64,000 nucleotides of DNA from a virus (IMGVR_UViG_3300032219_001391:13220-77219), one strand, 5' to 3'. Counted from the first letter of the stretch, positions 48,635 to 58,668 are shown. The notes: generated by a model not told the origin, from the letters alone. Numbers and translations: made by a program.

Positions 48635-50138
48635 TTTAAGTAAGTTAGACAAGAATTTATTTCAAACAATTTTTACGGGTATAGTTATTGATGACCAAGA
48701 TCCGATGATGCTTGGTAGAATTAGGGTTGAACCTCAAAACATATGGAATATTCAAGATGTTAAAGGAACGTTCAACGAAAATACTGATAAATGGTCAAAC
48801 AAAGACCCATTCCTATCTTACCCAATATTACCTTTCTTTGTGTATCAAACACCAAAAGTTAATGAGTATGTGAACATACTCTTTGGTGATAATAAGTTTC
48901 AATATCAAAATATGTTTTATTTTCAAGGGATGTATTCATCACCGATGGCATCTCCTTTTGAAACATATAATCAGTCAATGAAATCTAATTCTTTGGGTTC
49001 AAGGGTTAGACCAAGTTTGGCATTAAAAAATAATTTAGGTGAGTTAAATAACAAAAAGAGTTTAGGTATTTTCCCTGAACCTGGTGATAATGCTGTATTA
49101 GGTAGAGGTCCGAGTGACATTGTTGTTAAAAGTAATGAAGTACTTTTACGTGCAGGTAAGACAAACGAATTAAACATTGACAGATACCCAACACCAAATC
49201 CAAATAGAGCATCACTACAATTATCAAACTTTACAACCGCAACTCTTAATGTTGGTCCGAAACAAGAAGCGTTAATTATTGAGGAAGGTATTCAAGATGT
49301 TAAATATATTATAGAATATTTAATATCCAATCCTGAAAATAATGAAGATAGTTTCTCCGGTAATATCACCATAAAGAGTTTAAGACCTAATGAATTAACA
49401 AAAAGTAATGTAATAAAGGTCACCTCTAATTTAGAAAGTTTAGAAACGTTATATTATACTGAAAATTTTTCAGCACTTCCGATGAGTGGTCTTGTAAATA
49501 CTATTAACACATTTATTACAAACTTTAATAATGGTACTTTTGGTAGTAATCAAACAATAACTAACCAATTCCCATTTGCATATAGACCATCACCATTAAC
49601 ATACGCTTGGATTAAGAACTTCAATGGTATTGATAGTGTTAAACAATTTACCAACGTAACAAAATTATTTATCCAAGTTGGATTATTTCCGGGTATTAAG
49701 GGTCGTGGGTTTGGTATTGTTGGTGGTCAAAACCAATTAGGTATTGCACCAAAGATTAACATAGACGAATCACAACCAAAAACCACAGTAATAGTACCGA
49801 ATTCTGCTGCAATATTGAATGCGGATAAGGTTGTATTCTTAGCTAATAATACTGCTCAACCCGGTAAAGACATTATAAATTTAGAAAATAATATTTACGG
49901 ATTTTCTCAAAATGAGATTAACAATGATATTACAAAAAATACATCATCTATGGTTAGGGGTGAAGCCCTTGTTGAAGTATTGGATCTTATAATAAAATTT
50001 TTAATTTCCCACATACACCCCGAAGCAATGTTACCACCTGATGATGTTTCATTATTGGGGACATCCACAACACAACTACAAACGGAATTACAAAATGCTT
50101 ATCAAAAACTTTTGAATTCAAATATCAGAATCAATTGA
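48618..50138 (+). CDS. baseplate hub/spike protein (gp5-like OB fold, no lysozyme motif seen)
   Basis: GIVIDDQDPMMLGRIRV, PKVNEYV, GDNAVLGRG, C-terminal H.HP. Confidence 0.75.
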   Translation: MNEGFDLSKLDKNLFQTIFTGIVIDDQDPMMLGRIRVEPQNIWNIQDVKGTFNENTDKWSNKDPFLSYPILPFFVYQTPKVNEYVNILFGDNKFQYQNMFYFQGMYSSPMASPFETYNQSMKSNSLGSRVRPSLALKNNLGELNNKKSLGIFPEPGDNAVLGRGPSDIVVKSNEVLLRAGKTNELNIDRYPTPNPNRASLQLSNFTTATLNVGPKQEALIIEEGIQDVKYIIEYLISNPENNEDSFSGNITIKSLRPNELTKSNVIKVTSNLESLETLYYTENFSALPMSGLVNTINTFITNFNNGTFGSNQTITNQFPFAYRPSPLTYAWIKNFNGIDSVKQFTNVTKLFIQVGLFPGIKGRGFGIVGGQNQLGIAPKINIDESQPKTTVIVPNSAAILNADKVVFLANNTAQPGKDIINLENNIYGFSQNEINNDITKNTSSMVRGEALVEVLDLIIKFLISHIHPEAMLPPDDVSLLGTSTTQLQTELQNAYQKLLNSNIRIN

Positions 50139-50145
50139 TATTTAT
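50139..50145 (+). promoter_or_regulatory. putative late promoter TATTTAT
   Basis: 11 nt before ATG 50157. Confidence 0.6.
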
Positions 50146-50156
50146 AATAAAAAGCA

Positions 50157-51638
50157 ATGTCAATATTCCGATCTTATTTCAGTAAGAACAACACAATTAC
50201 TTATAGTTCAACAACAAATACTGGTAGAAATCCAATAACTCAGTTATATTTTGGATCACCAAATGACACATTAGGTCCTGTTGGGTATTCAAGATTTATC
50301 TTTGATTTGGATCTGACAGATTTACAAAGTAAAATATCTGAAGGACAGATAACTCAATCAACAATTACTTCTCACATTTTAAGAATGACAAATACCTCAG
50401 CATTTGATACTGAGTTATTAAATTCAACAACAAGTGAGGGTAGTAGAAGAGCCACATCATTTGATTTAGTTCTTTACAGAATACCTACAAGTACTTGTAC
50501 CGACGCGGAAATGTGTTCTTGGGACGAAGGTGTTGGTTATGATTATAACGATACTAAATTAAGTAAAAACTCGTCTTCGGGTTCATTATCTATTGATAAC
50601 TTAAATAGTGATAGATCGTATTCTGATAGACCAAGTAACTGGCCAAAAAAATCAACATTATATTCTTGGGGTAATCCCGGTACATATAACAATTCGGGAC
50701 CATTACCTGTTGAGATTGATAGACAACATTTTGAATTAGGTAATGAAGATATCGCGTTTGATATGACAACCGAAATTAACACACGATTATTTAATAACTC
50801 ACCTGGATATTTCCAAATAGGTTATGTTGTGGCGTATCTACCGGCATATGAACAAATCACGGGTCTTACAGAAAATTATTCAGTTGGTTTCTTTACAAGA
50901 CACACCCAAACGTTCTATCAACCATTTTTAGAGACAAATTACAATGATCTGATAACTGATAACAGAAATAACTTTGCGTCCAACAGAACGAACTATTTGT
51001 ATCTCTATTCGTATTATAATGGGGATTTCAAGAAATTAGATTCATTACCTAAAGTAAATATTCTTGATCCTAATGGAGATCCTATATCAGGTTTCACAGG
51101 ATTAACTACAACTGCTATTACAACAGGTGTTTATGCCGTTACTATACCACCAATCACAGGTTACTCAACCCCATGTGAATTTTCAGATGTATGGTCGGGA
51201 ATTACTGTTGATGGAAACAGATTAAGTAATATCACAAATACATTCATACTATTACCAAATAGTAGTGCGTATCAGATTGGTGTTGATTCAAAAGAACCTA
51301 GTCTATTCGGATTTGATTTTTATGGAATTAAACAAAACGAAAAAATACTAAATACCGACAAAAGAAAAGTTGGGGTAATAGTTAAAAAAGCTTACTCAAC
51401 ACAACAAATATTGAATGATATTAAAACATATTACAGAATATACGTAAGAGAAGGTACCACCGAGGTACAGGTTCAAGATTGGACACAAATAAACAGAACA
51501 CCTAATGAATATTATTTCATATTTGATATGGTTGATAAATTACCAAATGAATATTATGTGGATATGAAAGTAGAATCATCAGGACAAGTAGATACTTATA
51601 AGAAACAATTAACATTTCAAATAGTCAATAGAAAATGA
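50157..51638 (+). CDS. virion structural protein (baseplate/tail region)
   Basis: 493 aa, S/T/N-rich, Ig-like C-terminus, late motif. Confidence 0.6.
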   Translation: MSIFRSYFSKNNTITYSSTTNTGRNPITQLYFGSPNDTLGPVGYSRFIFDLDLTDLQSKISEGQITQSTITSHILRMTNTSAFDTELLNSTTSEGSRRATSFDLVLYRIPTSTCTDAEMCSWDEGVGYDYNDTKLSKNSSSGSLSIDNLNSDRSYSDRPSNWPKKSTLYSWGNPGTYNNSGPLPVEIDRQHFELGNEDIAFDMTTEINTRLFNNSPGYFQIGYVVAYLPAYEQITGLTENYSVGFFTRHTQTFYQPFLETNYNDLITDNRNNFASNRTNYLYLYSYYNGDFKKLDSLPKVNILDPNGDPISGFTGLTTTAITTGVYAVTIPPITGYSTPCEFSDVWSGITVDGNRLSNITNTFILLPNSSAYQIGVDSKEPSLFGFDFYGIKQNEKILNTDKRKVGVIVKKAYSTQQILNDIKTYYRIYVREGTTEVQVQDWTQINRTPNEYYFIFDMVDKLPNEYYVDMKVESSGQVDTYKKQLTFQIVNRK

Positions 51639-52108
51639 TAACAGATAACCAAATCAGAAAAGCTTTGAGGAGACTTCACGAAGCAGAACACTCAACTGAA
51701 AGATATATGTTTTTCAGTAATTTACAACAAATAAAAAGACAAGCAGAATTGTTATTAGAACAAGATGAACAAATGATTGAATCCATCTTAAATAACGGAC
51801 ACGATTGGGCGGATGATCATATCACAGTTGCCAAAGAAAATATGGATCAAGTTTTTGATTTCTTTATGAATGAGATTGAAGGTGATGGTGAACAAGATAT
51901 TGATGATCACTCGTTTAACGATGATATGGTAATGATGGAAGGTCGTAAAAAAACAGGTACTAAATTATGTGCTAGAGGTAAATCGGCCGCTAAGTCTAAA
52001 TTCAAAGTTTATCCCAGTGCTTATTCGAATGGTTACGCTGTACAAGTATGTAAAGGTAGAATGCCGGGATTAGATGGTAAGAAAAGGTGTTCATCACCTT
52101 ATTGTTAA
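51635..52108 (+). CDS. hypothetical protein: acidic N-domain plus basic Cys-containing C-domain
   Basis: C-terminal LCARGKSAAKSKFKVYPSAYSNGYAVQVCKG. Confidence 0.7.
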   Translation: MITDNQIRKALRRLHEAEHSTERYMFFSNLQQIKRQAELLLEQDEQMIESILNNGHDWADDHITVAKENMDQVFDFFMNEIEGDGEQDIDDHSFNDDMVMMEGRKKTGTKLCARGKSAAKSKFKVYPSAYSNGYAVQVCKGRMPGLDGKKRCSSPYC

Positions 52109-52111
52109 AAC

Positions 52112-52140
52112 AAAACCCCCATTTTTTAGTGGGGGTTTTT
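52112..52140. terminator. bidirectional intrinsic terminator
   Basis: AAAACCCCCA-TTTTTTAG-TGGGGGTTTTT between convergent genes. Confidence 0.9.
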
Positions 52141-52148
52141 AGTTTATA

Positions 52149-53330
52149 TTATCCTTTATCATACCAACCAACGTAATACGTTCTACCCTCAATTCTATAA
52201 TAGTTATAACTACCATCATAGGTTAACAAACCGTAATCAGAATCTCTGTAATAATCATCATATACTTCATCCCAATCAATATAATATGTAATAGAAAGAT
52301 CTTCTTTTCGTAGATACGAATAAGCATCATCCTCAATTTTACTTTTAATATCGGCAAGTAATTCTTCTATCTTTTCATCTAACATACTATGATCAAACCC
52401 CACAGGGTTATCCCTAATAGACTCAATTTCGGTTTCAATCTCTTCTATTCTTTCACTATCTTCATTGGGGTCTAAATCTTTACGCTCGTTTTCCAATTCT
52501 TGAATTTCACTTAATTGTTCATCACTAAGAACTAATTCATCCGAATCAAAATAATCGGTCGGGTTGTTTTTAATCATCCCTTCTGATTTTTCTCTTTCAT
52601 CGTCCTCCACACTATTCCAAACTAGGTACCAATCAATAAAATTTGAAAAATAGTCATCATCATGTCCGGAAAAATCCATGTCTTCAATATACGATCTAAG
52701 AGCCTTATCCCATTCATCATCAGTACCTGAATATACAACATCTTTAGAAACATGATAATTCCCTGCTAAAACGGTAAATTCAGATAATCCACCATAGTAA
52801 GTATTAGATACCTTGGATAAGTTAGCTATCGAGTTTTCATTAAAATATTCAACCTCTTCATCATATTTTGTTATAAAATCCTCAACTCGTTTCTTTTTCT
52901 TAGGATCGTTAATGGTCTCGACACGATTTCGTAACTCATCAACTCTCTCAGTGTATTTTTGAAGTCTTTTATATTCATCATACATCTCTTCCCAATTCTT
53001 ATATCCAAAAGTTCCATCATCACAAAGGAAATTATAAGCGGCTAAACGTTCAGGTTCATCAGTAAGGTCATCTGACTCCAAAGACTCTTCAGCCTCATCT
53101 ACCATATTTTTGTATTTTAATTCACTATTTATATGATAACCATAGTTACGGTTAACAGAATAAAATTCTTCTTTAACTTTAGATAAATGTTCAGGATAAA
53201 GACCACTTGTCTCCAACCAATTTATAATCTTATCAAGATGTGATATATTTTTTTCGTACTGCTCAGAAGTGTGATACCCCCAACCTAAACTTTTATATCC
53301 TAACTGTGTTAAAAAACGATCAAAATCCAT
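52149..53330 (-). CDS. highly acidic hypothetical protein
   Basis: 393 aa D/E/Y-rich ORF; TATTTAT motif (ATAAATA at 53347-53353 on +). Confidence 0.7.
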   Translation of the reverse strand: MDFDRFLTQLGYKSLGWGYHTSEQYEKNISHLDKIINWLETSGLYPEHLSKVKEEFYSVNRNYGYHINSELKYKNMVDEAEESLESDDLTDEPERLAAYNFLCDDGTFGYKNWEEMYDEYKRLQKYTERVDELRNRVETINDPKKKKRVEDFITKYDEEVEYFNENSIANLSKVSNTYYGGLSEFTVLAGNYHVSKDVVYSGTDDEWDKALRSYIEDMDFSGHDDDYFSNFIDWYLVWNSVEDDEREKSEGMIKNNPTDYFDSDELVLSDEQLSEIQELENERKDLDPNEDSERIEEIETEIESIRDNPVGFDHSMLDEKIEELLADIKSKIEDDAYSYLRKEDLSITYYIDWDEVYDDYYRDSDYGLLTYDGSYNYYRIEGRTYYVGWYDKG

Positions 53331-53387
53331 AAAAAACCTTTATCTAATAAATATCAAAACAATAGTAAAAAAAAAGTTAAAATATTT

Positions 53388-53418
53388 TTTGGTAATTCAA
53401 AAAATACCATTACCTTTG
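53388..53418 (+). promoter_or_regulatory. Bacteroidota-type housekeeping promoter
   Basis: TTTG-N19-TACCTTTG, an exact -33/-7 consensus match. Confidence 0.8.
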
Positions 53419-53439
53419 TCTTATCAAATCAAATAAACT

Positions 53440-53880
53440 ATGACAATTAAATCCTACTTCAAAAGAATCGGAATGAGAATGTTTTACCGATTCAAGATTC
53501 TTGTTAAACGAGGTATTTGGGAAGATGAACCTGTAAATGGTTCTTCAATTCAAACAAATGCCACAAATATCTGTAGAAGAACAATGCATCTACAAGATTC
53601 AGAATTGTTATACGCACCAATGTCACAAAAACGATACATCCGAAACGAAAAGTTAGGTATTTTTATCATCATCAAAGATAAACAAATAGATATCGTAAAT
53701 CACGTTTATCACTATAACGTTGAGTTATCCAATAAAAATATTGAACGAGTAATCGGAATGTTCGATAGAGAAACAGAACTCAGGAGAACAACCTACGAAA
53801 AAGAAATGTTATCACAAATAGGTCACTCATTAGAGACCATTTTAGATCACGTAAAAGGGACCAAATTAACTACCGAATAA
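53440..53880 (+). CDS. hypothetical protein (early)
   Basis: 146 aa ORF with its own host-type promoter and terminator. Confidence 0.7.
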   Translation: MTIKSYFKRIGMRMFYRFKILVKRGIWEDEPVNGSSIQTNATNICRRTMHLQDSELLYAPMSQKRYIRNEKLGIFIIIKDKQIDIVNHVYHYNVELSNKNIERVIGMFDRETELRRTTYEKEMLSQIGHSLETILDHVKGTKLTTE

Positions 53881-53883
53881 AAC

Positions 53884-53911
53884 AAAAAACGGGACTTAAA
53901 TCCCGTTTTTT
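53884..53911. terminator. bidirectional intrinsic terminator
   Basis: AAAAAACGGGA-CTTAAA-TCCCGTTTTTT. Confidence 0.9.
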
Positions 53912-54822
53912 TATTTCTTAAGTTCAGATAAGAGTGTTTGTCTTACCATTGTTTTTATATTTTCGGAAATACTCTCATTCTTTTTCTTTGGTTTATAAGA
54001 AACCATTTTTGGTTTATTACCCGTACCTGTTTTATTGTGAGTTTTTTCAGCCTTTCGTTTCTGAGCACAAGCAGATTTCTTCTGTGAATCCGACATCTTA
54101 CCCGCAACACCCACTGCTCTACATTTAGGATAACCACGATCAGACGCCTCAGGTCTACCACATGGTGGATGCTTACCATCAACCTTTCGACATATATTCA
54201 CCCAAGGACCCTTTGGTTGTTTTGAACCTTTAGGTTTTTTCTTGGTACCAAACCACACAGCCAAATCTTCATTTATTGAATGGGGTTCGTTAATATCAAC
54301 ATCATAAGTACCATCCTCACCTTTTTCCCAAACACCGACTATTCTTTTCAAATTATTACGTAAAGTGTTTTTAACTTTTTCATCATTGACAGGATGATCC
54401 GAAAACTCAGTAAAAGGTCCTAACTCTTTCTTATTCCATTTTTTCATCCCTAACTCAATAGGTGCGTTATACTCACCGGCAGTTACCGACGTACTTCTTT
54501 CAAAAATTAAATCGTATCTTTTATCAATACTCTCGTCGTTTTGTTGAAAATGTGTTGTATGATACTTTTTACTGTTTCTTGACATTTTTTCCATTTTATT
54601 AGCAACAGATTTACTAACATCTAATGATCCATCTAAACTGTCGTAATTTAATTGTGGATTATCAAAGTAATTTATTTCTATATCATATGGATGTAATGTA
54701 GTTTTTTTCCATTTTTTTAATCCTAAAGAAAATGGCATAGTAAATTGTCCCGCGTGACCACCAGTTCCAATTCCCTCATTAACATAAGATTTTAATATTT
54801 CCTTTATCCTTGTTTTATTCAT
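53911..54822 (-). CDS. modular basic hypothetical protein with internal repeat (candidate head-internal protein)
   Basis: Start MNKTRIKE at 54822; repeat AGQFTMPFSLGLKKWKK / AGEYNAPIELGMKKWNK; EDLAVWF...PCGR...YPKCR domain; ATAAATA at 54848-54854. Confidence 0.7.
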   Translation of the reverse strand: MNKTRIKEILKSYVNEGIGTGGHAGQFTMPFSLGLKKWKKTTLHPYDIEINYFDNPQLNYDSLDGSLDVSKSVANKMEKMSRNSKKYHTTHFQQNDESIDKRYDLIFERSTSVTAGEYNAPIELGMKKWNKKELGPFTEFSDHPVNDEKVKNTLRNNLKRIVGVWEKGEDGTYDVDINEPHSINEDLAVWFGTKKKPKGSKQPKGPWVNICRKVDGKHPPCGRPEASDRGYPKCRAVGVAGKMSDSQKKSACAQKRKAEKTHNKTGTGNKPKMVSYKPKKKNESISENIKTMVRQTLLSELKK

Positions 54823-54832
54823 AGAAATAAAA

Positions 54833-54840
54833 TATATTTG
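54833..54840 (+). promoter_or_regulatory. Bacteroidota-type -7 element
   Basis: TATATTTG 21 nt before ATG 54862. Confidence 0.5.
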
Positions 54841-54861
54841 TACATATATAAATATACGAAT

Positions 54862-55098
54862 ATGGTAAATGATACGACAACAAATCAAATATCTGGAAAA
54901 TTATTTGATTCCATGATATATAACTCACAAGATACATTAAACAATTTTATTGATAATTTATCTAAGGAACAAGCAAATCAAATAATAATTGAAGCCGTTA
55001 AATCCGCACATAGTAGAGGTGTGTTCTCTCTACAAGAAAGTGAATTAGTGTCCAAATCTCTACGATTATTACTTACACCATCAAAAAGTGTTGAATAA
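54862..55098 (+). CDS. small hypothetical protein
   Basis: 78 aa from ATG 54862; ends at a terminator. Confidence 0.65.
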   Translation: MVNDTTTNQISGKLFDSMIYNSQDTLNNFIDNLSKEQANQIIIEAVKSAHSRGVFSLQESELVSKSLRLLLTPSKSVE

Positions 55099-55128
55099 AA
55101 AAAAGGTCAGATTTCTCTGACCTTTTTT
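55099..55128. terminator. bidirectional terminator (major capsid transcript end)
   Basis: AAAAAAGGTCAGA-TTTC-TCTGACCTTTTTT. Confidence 0.92.
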
Positions 55129-55145
55129 ATTAGTAGTAGTTAAAA

Positions 55146-56993
55146 TTATCTCAATTCTCTTAAGTCGAATGTACGAACACCGTCAACTGTGATACGTCCG
55201 TAGAAACGGTTGTTAACCATCTTCTTAGCGTAACGTGTCATAATACCTTTGATAGGTGTAAAGTTGAATGGATTGTACATTGTTGGAGTTAATTGTAGAG
55301 GTACATATGGTGCGTAAACGTAACCAGTATCCAATAGAGAAGTACCTTTGTGACCCAATAACACTTGGTTAGCTGGGAAGTAAGGATCTCTATACACTTG
55401 GTAACGACCTGCTAATGTACCAACCCTTTCAATACCCATGTTGTACTGATCTTGCTCAGGAGCCGCGTTTGATACGTGGAAATATTCCAAATCATCAAAG
55501 ATAGCAGATACTTCAGAAGATACAACGATCCAGTTAGCACCACCTCTCAAAGTTGATTTGTGAATTTGAGCAGAGATTTGGTTAATTGCTGTGATAAGAG
55601 TTTGGTTCCAATCCTTTTGAGTGTAAGGGGTTGAGTTAGTTGAAGAAATTCTCTTCCAACCATTGTAATCCCATCTTAAGTTCCAAGCCGCACCTTTTCT
55701 AAGGTCACGAAGAATTTCACGGTCAATTTCTGCCGCAACTTGTTCAGACAACAACGCTGTCAATTCAGCTTCAGCATCGATGTTGTGGAACGCTGCAACG
55801 TCTTGAGCCAATTCAGGAGACCATTGTGCTCTTAATTTTCTTTCAGTTACAGATACTGTTACAGAATCCAACTCGAAAGAAACCTCACCAATTCTGTCTT
55901 CAAATTCAAGTTCTTGGTAACGTCTGTACAATGCTTGGAATGCTCCGTTAGTTGCTGTAGATGATGAGAATGTAGTACCTGTGTAACCATCTAATGAGTT
56001 AGAACCGAAATTAGCGGGTGTTGACAAATCAATCTCAAGATAAATAATACCTGATGGTGAACAAATATTGAAGAAAGAACCTCCGTTACCATCACCAGTT
56101 GCAGACCAAGTAGTTGTAGTTGTAGTACCGTAGTTAACAATACCTTTACCATATTGTTGTGTTACTACACGGAACAAATATGGAGTAGTTGTGTTAGCTG
56201 AAGTATATACGTTAAGAGAACTACCAATAATTCTTAAGTCAGATAAGAAAGATTCTGTGTCCATTTCTTGACCATCAGGACCGATCAATTTACCAGCACC
56301 TGTGCTAGAGAAACCTGACATCGCAATGATAACCTTTTTAGTGTTTGCGTCAAGTGGATACGCGGTAGGAGACAATGTACCTCCAGTCCAGTTAACTGTT
56401 GCTGTACCCGCAGAAACAACAACCCAAGGACCTTTAGAATAGTCGAACAAACCTGCAGGATCTAAACCTGGTTCAGTTCCTTCATAGAACAAATCGTAAA
56501 GATTTTTAGAGTAAGTTGGATTATAAGAACCTGTACCTGTATTGTAACCTGAGTTTTGGTTTCCTGGGTAGTTACCCGGAGCACCGATTGGTCCGTAGTG
56601 TTGTCCTGAAGAACCTGCTGCCGATCCTGGATAACCATCACCTGTACCGCCAGAATAACCTTGGATTTTAGGTACGAAGTAGAACAATTTACCGATAGGT
56701 AAGTTCATTGCTTGTACAGAAACGATATCATTCGCTAACAACTTAGAGAATACACGTCTGATGATTGGAAATACAACCGTCTCAAAAGAACCTGAATCAG
56801 TAGTTGTTGACGCTTCGTTAATTAAGAAAGATGCTTGGTTTTCATATAACTGAGCCATGTTCTCTTTCAAGTGCCCGTTTAAACCTTCTAGGAACCCAAG
56901 CTTGTTCCATTTGTTGATTGTATCTTCTTTGATAACTTTAAGGTGCTTAAGACCAATGTTACCAACAAGACCGCTTTCTAATAATGCTCCCAT
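55146..56993 (-). CDS. gp23: major capsid protein (T4 gp23 family)
   Basis: DIVSVQAMNLPIGKLFY, RKLRAQWSPELAQD..AFH.IDAEAELTALLSEQVAAEIDREI, GYVYAPYVPL, P.KGIMTRY. Confidence 0.97.
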   Translation of the reverse strand: MGALLESGLVGNIGLKHLKVIKEDTINKWNKLGFLEGLNGHLKENMAQLYENQASFLINEASTTTDSGSFETVVFPIIRRVFSKLLANDIVSVQAMNLPIGKLFYFVPKIQGYSGGTGDGYPGSAAGSSGQHYGPIGAPGNYPGNQNSGYNTGTGSYNPTYSKNLYDLFYEGTEPGLDPAGLFDYSKGPWVVVSAGTATVNWTGGTLSPTAYPLDANTKKVIIAMSGFSSTGAGKLIGPDGQEMDTESFLSDLRIIGSSLNVYTSANTTTPYLFRVVTQQYGKGIVNYGTTTTTTWSATGDGNGGSFFNICSPSGIIYLEIDLSTPANFGSNSLDGYTGTTFSSSTATNGAFQALYRRYQELEFEDRIGEVSFELDSVTVSVTERKLRAQWSPELAQDVAAFHNIDAEAELTALLSEQVAAEIDREILRDLRKGAAWNLRWDYNGWKRISSTNSTPYTQKDWNQTLITAINQISAQIHKSTLRGGANWIVVSSEVSAIFDDLEYFHVSNAAPEQDQYNMGIERVGTLAGRYQVYRDPYFPANQVLLGHKGTSLLDTGYVYAPYVPLQLTPTMYNPFNFTPIKGIMTRYAKKMVNNRFYGRITVDGVRTFDLRELR

Positions 56994-57015
56994 TTTAATT
57001 TTTATTTAAGGAAAT

Positions 57016-58554
57016 TTATTTTATTATTTTTGACATTATGTCTTTCATTCTTAAAAACTGAGGATTTTCATATGTTTTTGATTCCATCAAATTAACTGCA
57101 GATCCTGTAGAAATAGATTTGTCAATTTTATTTTCGATAGACTCGTTAATATTTGATCCTGTATTTTTAGAACCCAATTCGTCTTTGATTGTCTTATATA
57201 CTGATTTAGACTCTTTCAACGTTTCAACAGAATCAAATCTTTTTAAGATATTGATTTTTTCTTGTTTAGTTGTTGAGTGTTCAGTAAACAATCTAGTAGC
57301 ATATGCCAAGTTTGAATTAAAAACCGCAACTTCATTTAATTTATCACGGAAAATATTCAAAGCTCTTCTATACTCCTCATTTTTTTGTCTCAAAACTTCT
57401 AATTCTTGGTTTTCTTTAATCGGAAAAGTTAAGTTTCTATTTGGTGTAATACCTTTTCTTAAACCTCTACCTTTTTTAGAACCCATACCAAAAGTTCTTG
57501 ACGCTTCTTTTGATTCTTCTTTTTTGAAAGGACTATTCATTCTTTTAATTGGTCCATCCATAGTTCCACCTTCTTTGAATTCAAATTTAGCTTTACCTAA
57601 TTTAGCACCATTACCTACTTTATAGGTTTCTTTACCTGTTTTTTTACCCTTCGCAAAAGAATTATCTTTTGATTTTTCATAAGAAAATTTAGGTGTACCT
57701 ATCTTAGCTTTTTTACCAACAACAGGTTTGATTGTACCTTTCATTTTTTTAGATTCGTTCATGTAAGATTCTTCTTCTTCCATGTCTTCTTCTTCCATGT
57801 CTTCTTCTTCCATTTCAATTTCGTACATGATTTCTTCCATATCCATCATGTCACCTTCTTCCATGTCTTCTTCTTCCATTTCAATTTCGTACATCATACC
57901 TTCTTCTTCCTCTTCTTCGTAATCTTCTTCGTCCATGTCCATTTTAGAAGAATAATCTTCATCTTCCATTTCAGTGAATAATTTGTCCAAAAGATCATCA
58001 TCATCCATATCCATTTCATCAGACATCATGTCCATATCGAAATCTTCTTCCATTTCTTCCATAGACTCGTCAGATTCTCTCATGTCGATAAGAAACTCGG
58101 AACCTCCTTCCTCATCGTCAATATGCAAATAATCTCCGTCTTTAACAACTTGGATCTTGTCGTTTGGTCCCAACTTTTTGAAAACCTTAGCAACCTCTTC
58201 AGGTGATGCGTTAGTTAAGTCAAGAACATCTGAATCCATATCCATTTCCATCTCATCTTCATCTGAATCCATATCCATTTCCATTTCATCTTCGTCAGAA
58301 TCCATATCCATTTCATCTTCGTCAGAATCCATATCCATATCATCCATTTCGTTATCATCGTCTTCGGCTTCTGCCATTTCAGATTCGTTCCATCCTTCTT
58401 CCATCTCTTCAGACTTTAGGGATTCTTTTACCAATTCCGAGATTTCTTCCTTCATTGTAGAAGCAAGTATTCCTTTTGCATTCTCAGCAATTACGTTCTC
58501 CAAACTTTTAATTTGGGACATTGCCTCTTCAACTAATTTTTTAGTGTCTGCCAT
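57016..58554 (-). CDS. prohead core/scaffold protein, very acidic with D/E/M repeats
   Basis: Directly upstream of the capsid gene; acidic repeats; C-terminal coiled coil LNEVAVFNSNLAY; ATG 58554 preferred; ATAAATA at 58574-58580. Confidence 0.8.
   Translation of the reverse strand: MADTKKLVEEAMSQIKSLENVIAENAKGILASTMKEEISELVKESLKSEEMEEGWNESEMAEAEDDDNEMDDMDMDSDEDEMDMDSDEDEMEMDMDSDEDEMEMDMDSDVLDLTNASPEEVAKVFKKLGPNDKIQVVKDGDYLHIDDEEGGSEFLIDMRESDESMEEMEEDFDMDMMSDEMDMDDDDLLDKLFTEMEDEDYSSKMDMDEEDYEEEEEEGMMYEIEMEEEDMEEGDMMDMEEIMYEIEMEEEDMEEEDMEEEESYMNESKKMKGTIKPVVGKKAKIGTPKFSYEKSKDNSFAKGKKTGKETYKVGNGAKLGKAKFEFKEGGTMDGPIKRMNSPFKKEESKEASRTFGMGSKKGRGLRKGITPNRNLTFPIKENQELEVLRQKNEEYRRALNIFRDKLNEVAVFNSNLAYATRLFTEHSTTKQEKINILKRFDSVETLKESKSVYKTIKDELGSKNTGSNINESIENKIDKSISTGSAVNLMESKTYENPQFLRMKDIMSKIIK
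57770..58345 (-). repeat. tandem repeats in the scaffold gene (MDMDSDEDE; MYEIEMEEEDMEE)
   Basis: GAATCCATATCCAT recurs 4 times at about 58230-58335; CATGTCTTCTTCTTCCATTTCAATTTCGTACAT occurs twice (about 57796 and 57862). Confidence 0.85.
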
Positions 58555-58617
58555 TTGCAATAACTTTTTCAATATAAATATATGGAAAAATCAAAAAATC
58601 ACTTTGGCACGTATAAA

Positions 58618-58648
58618 AACAAAAAACCCCCGACTTTCGCCGAGGGTT
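58618..58648 (-). terminator. intrinsic terminator with GNRA loop
   Basis: Minus-strand RNA AACCCUCGGC-GAAA-GUCGGGGGUU-UUUU. Confidence 0.85.
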
Positions 58649-58668
58649 AATCCTAAAAACAAAATTAA

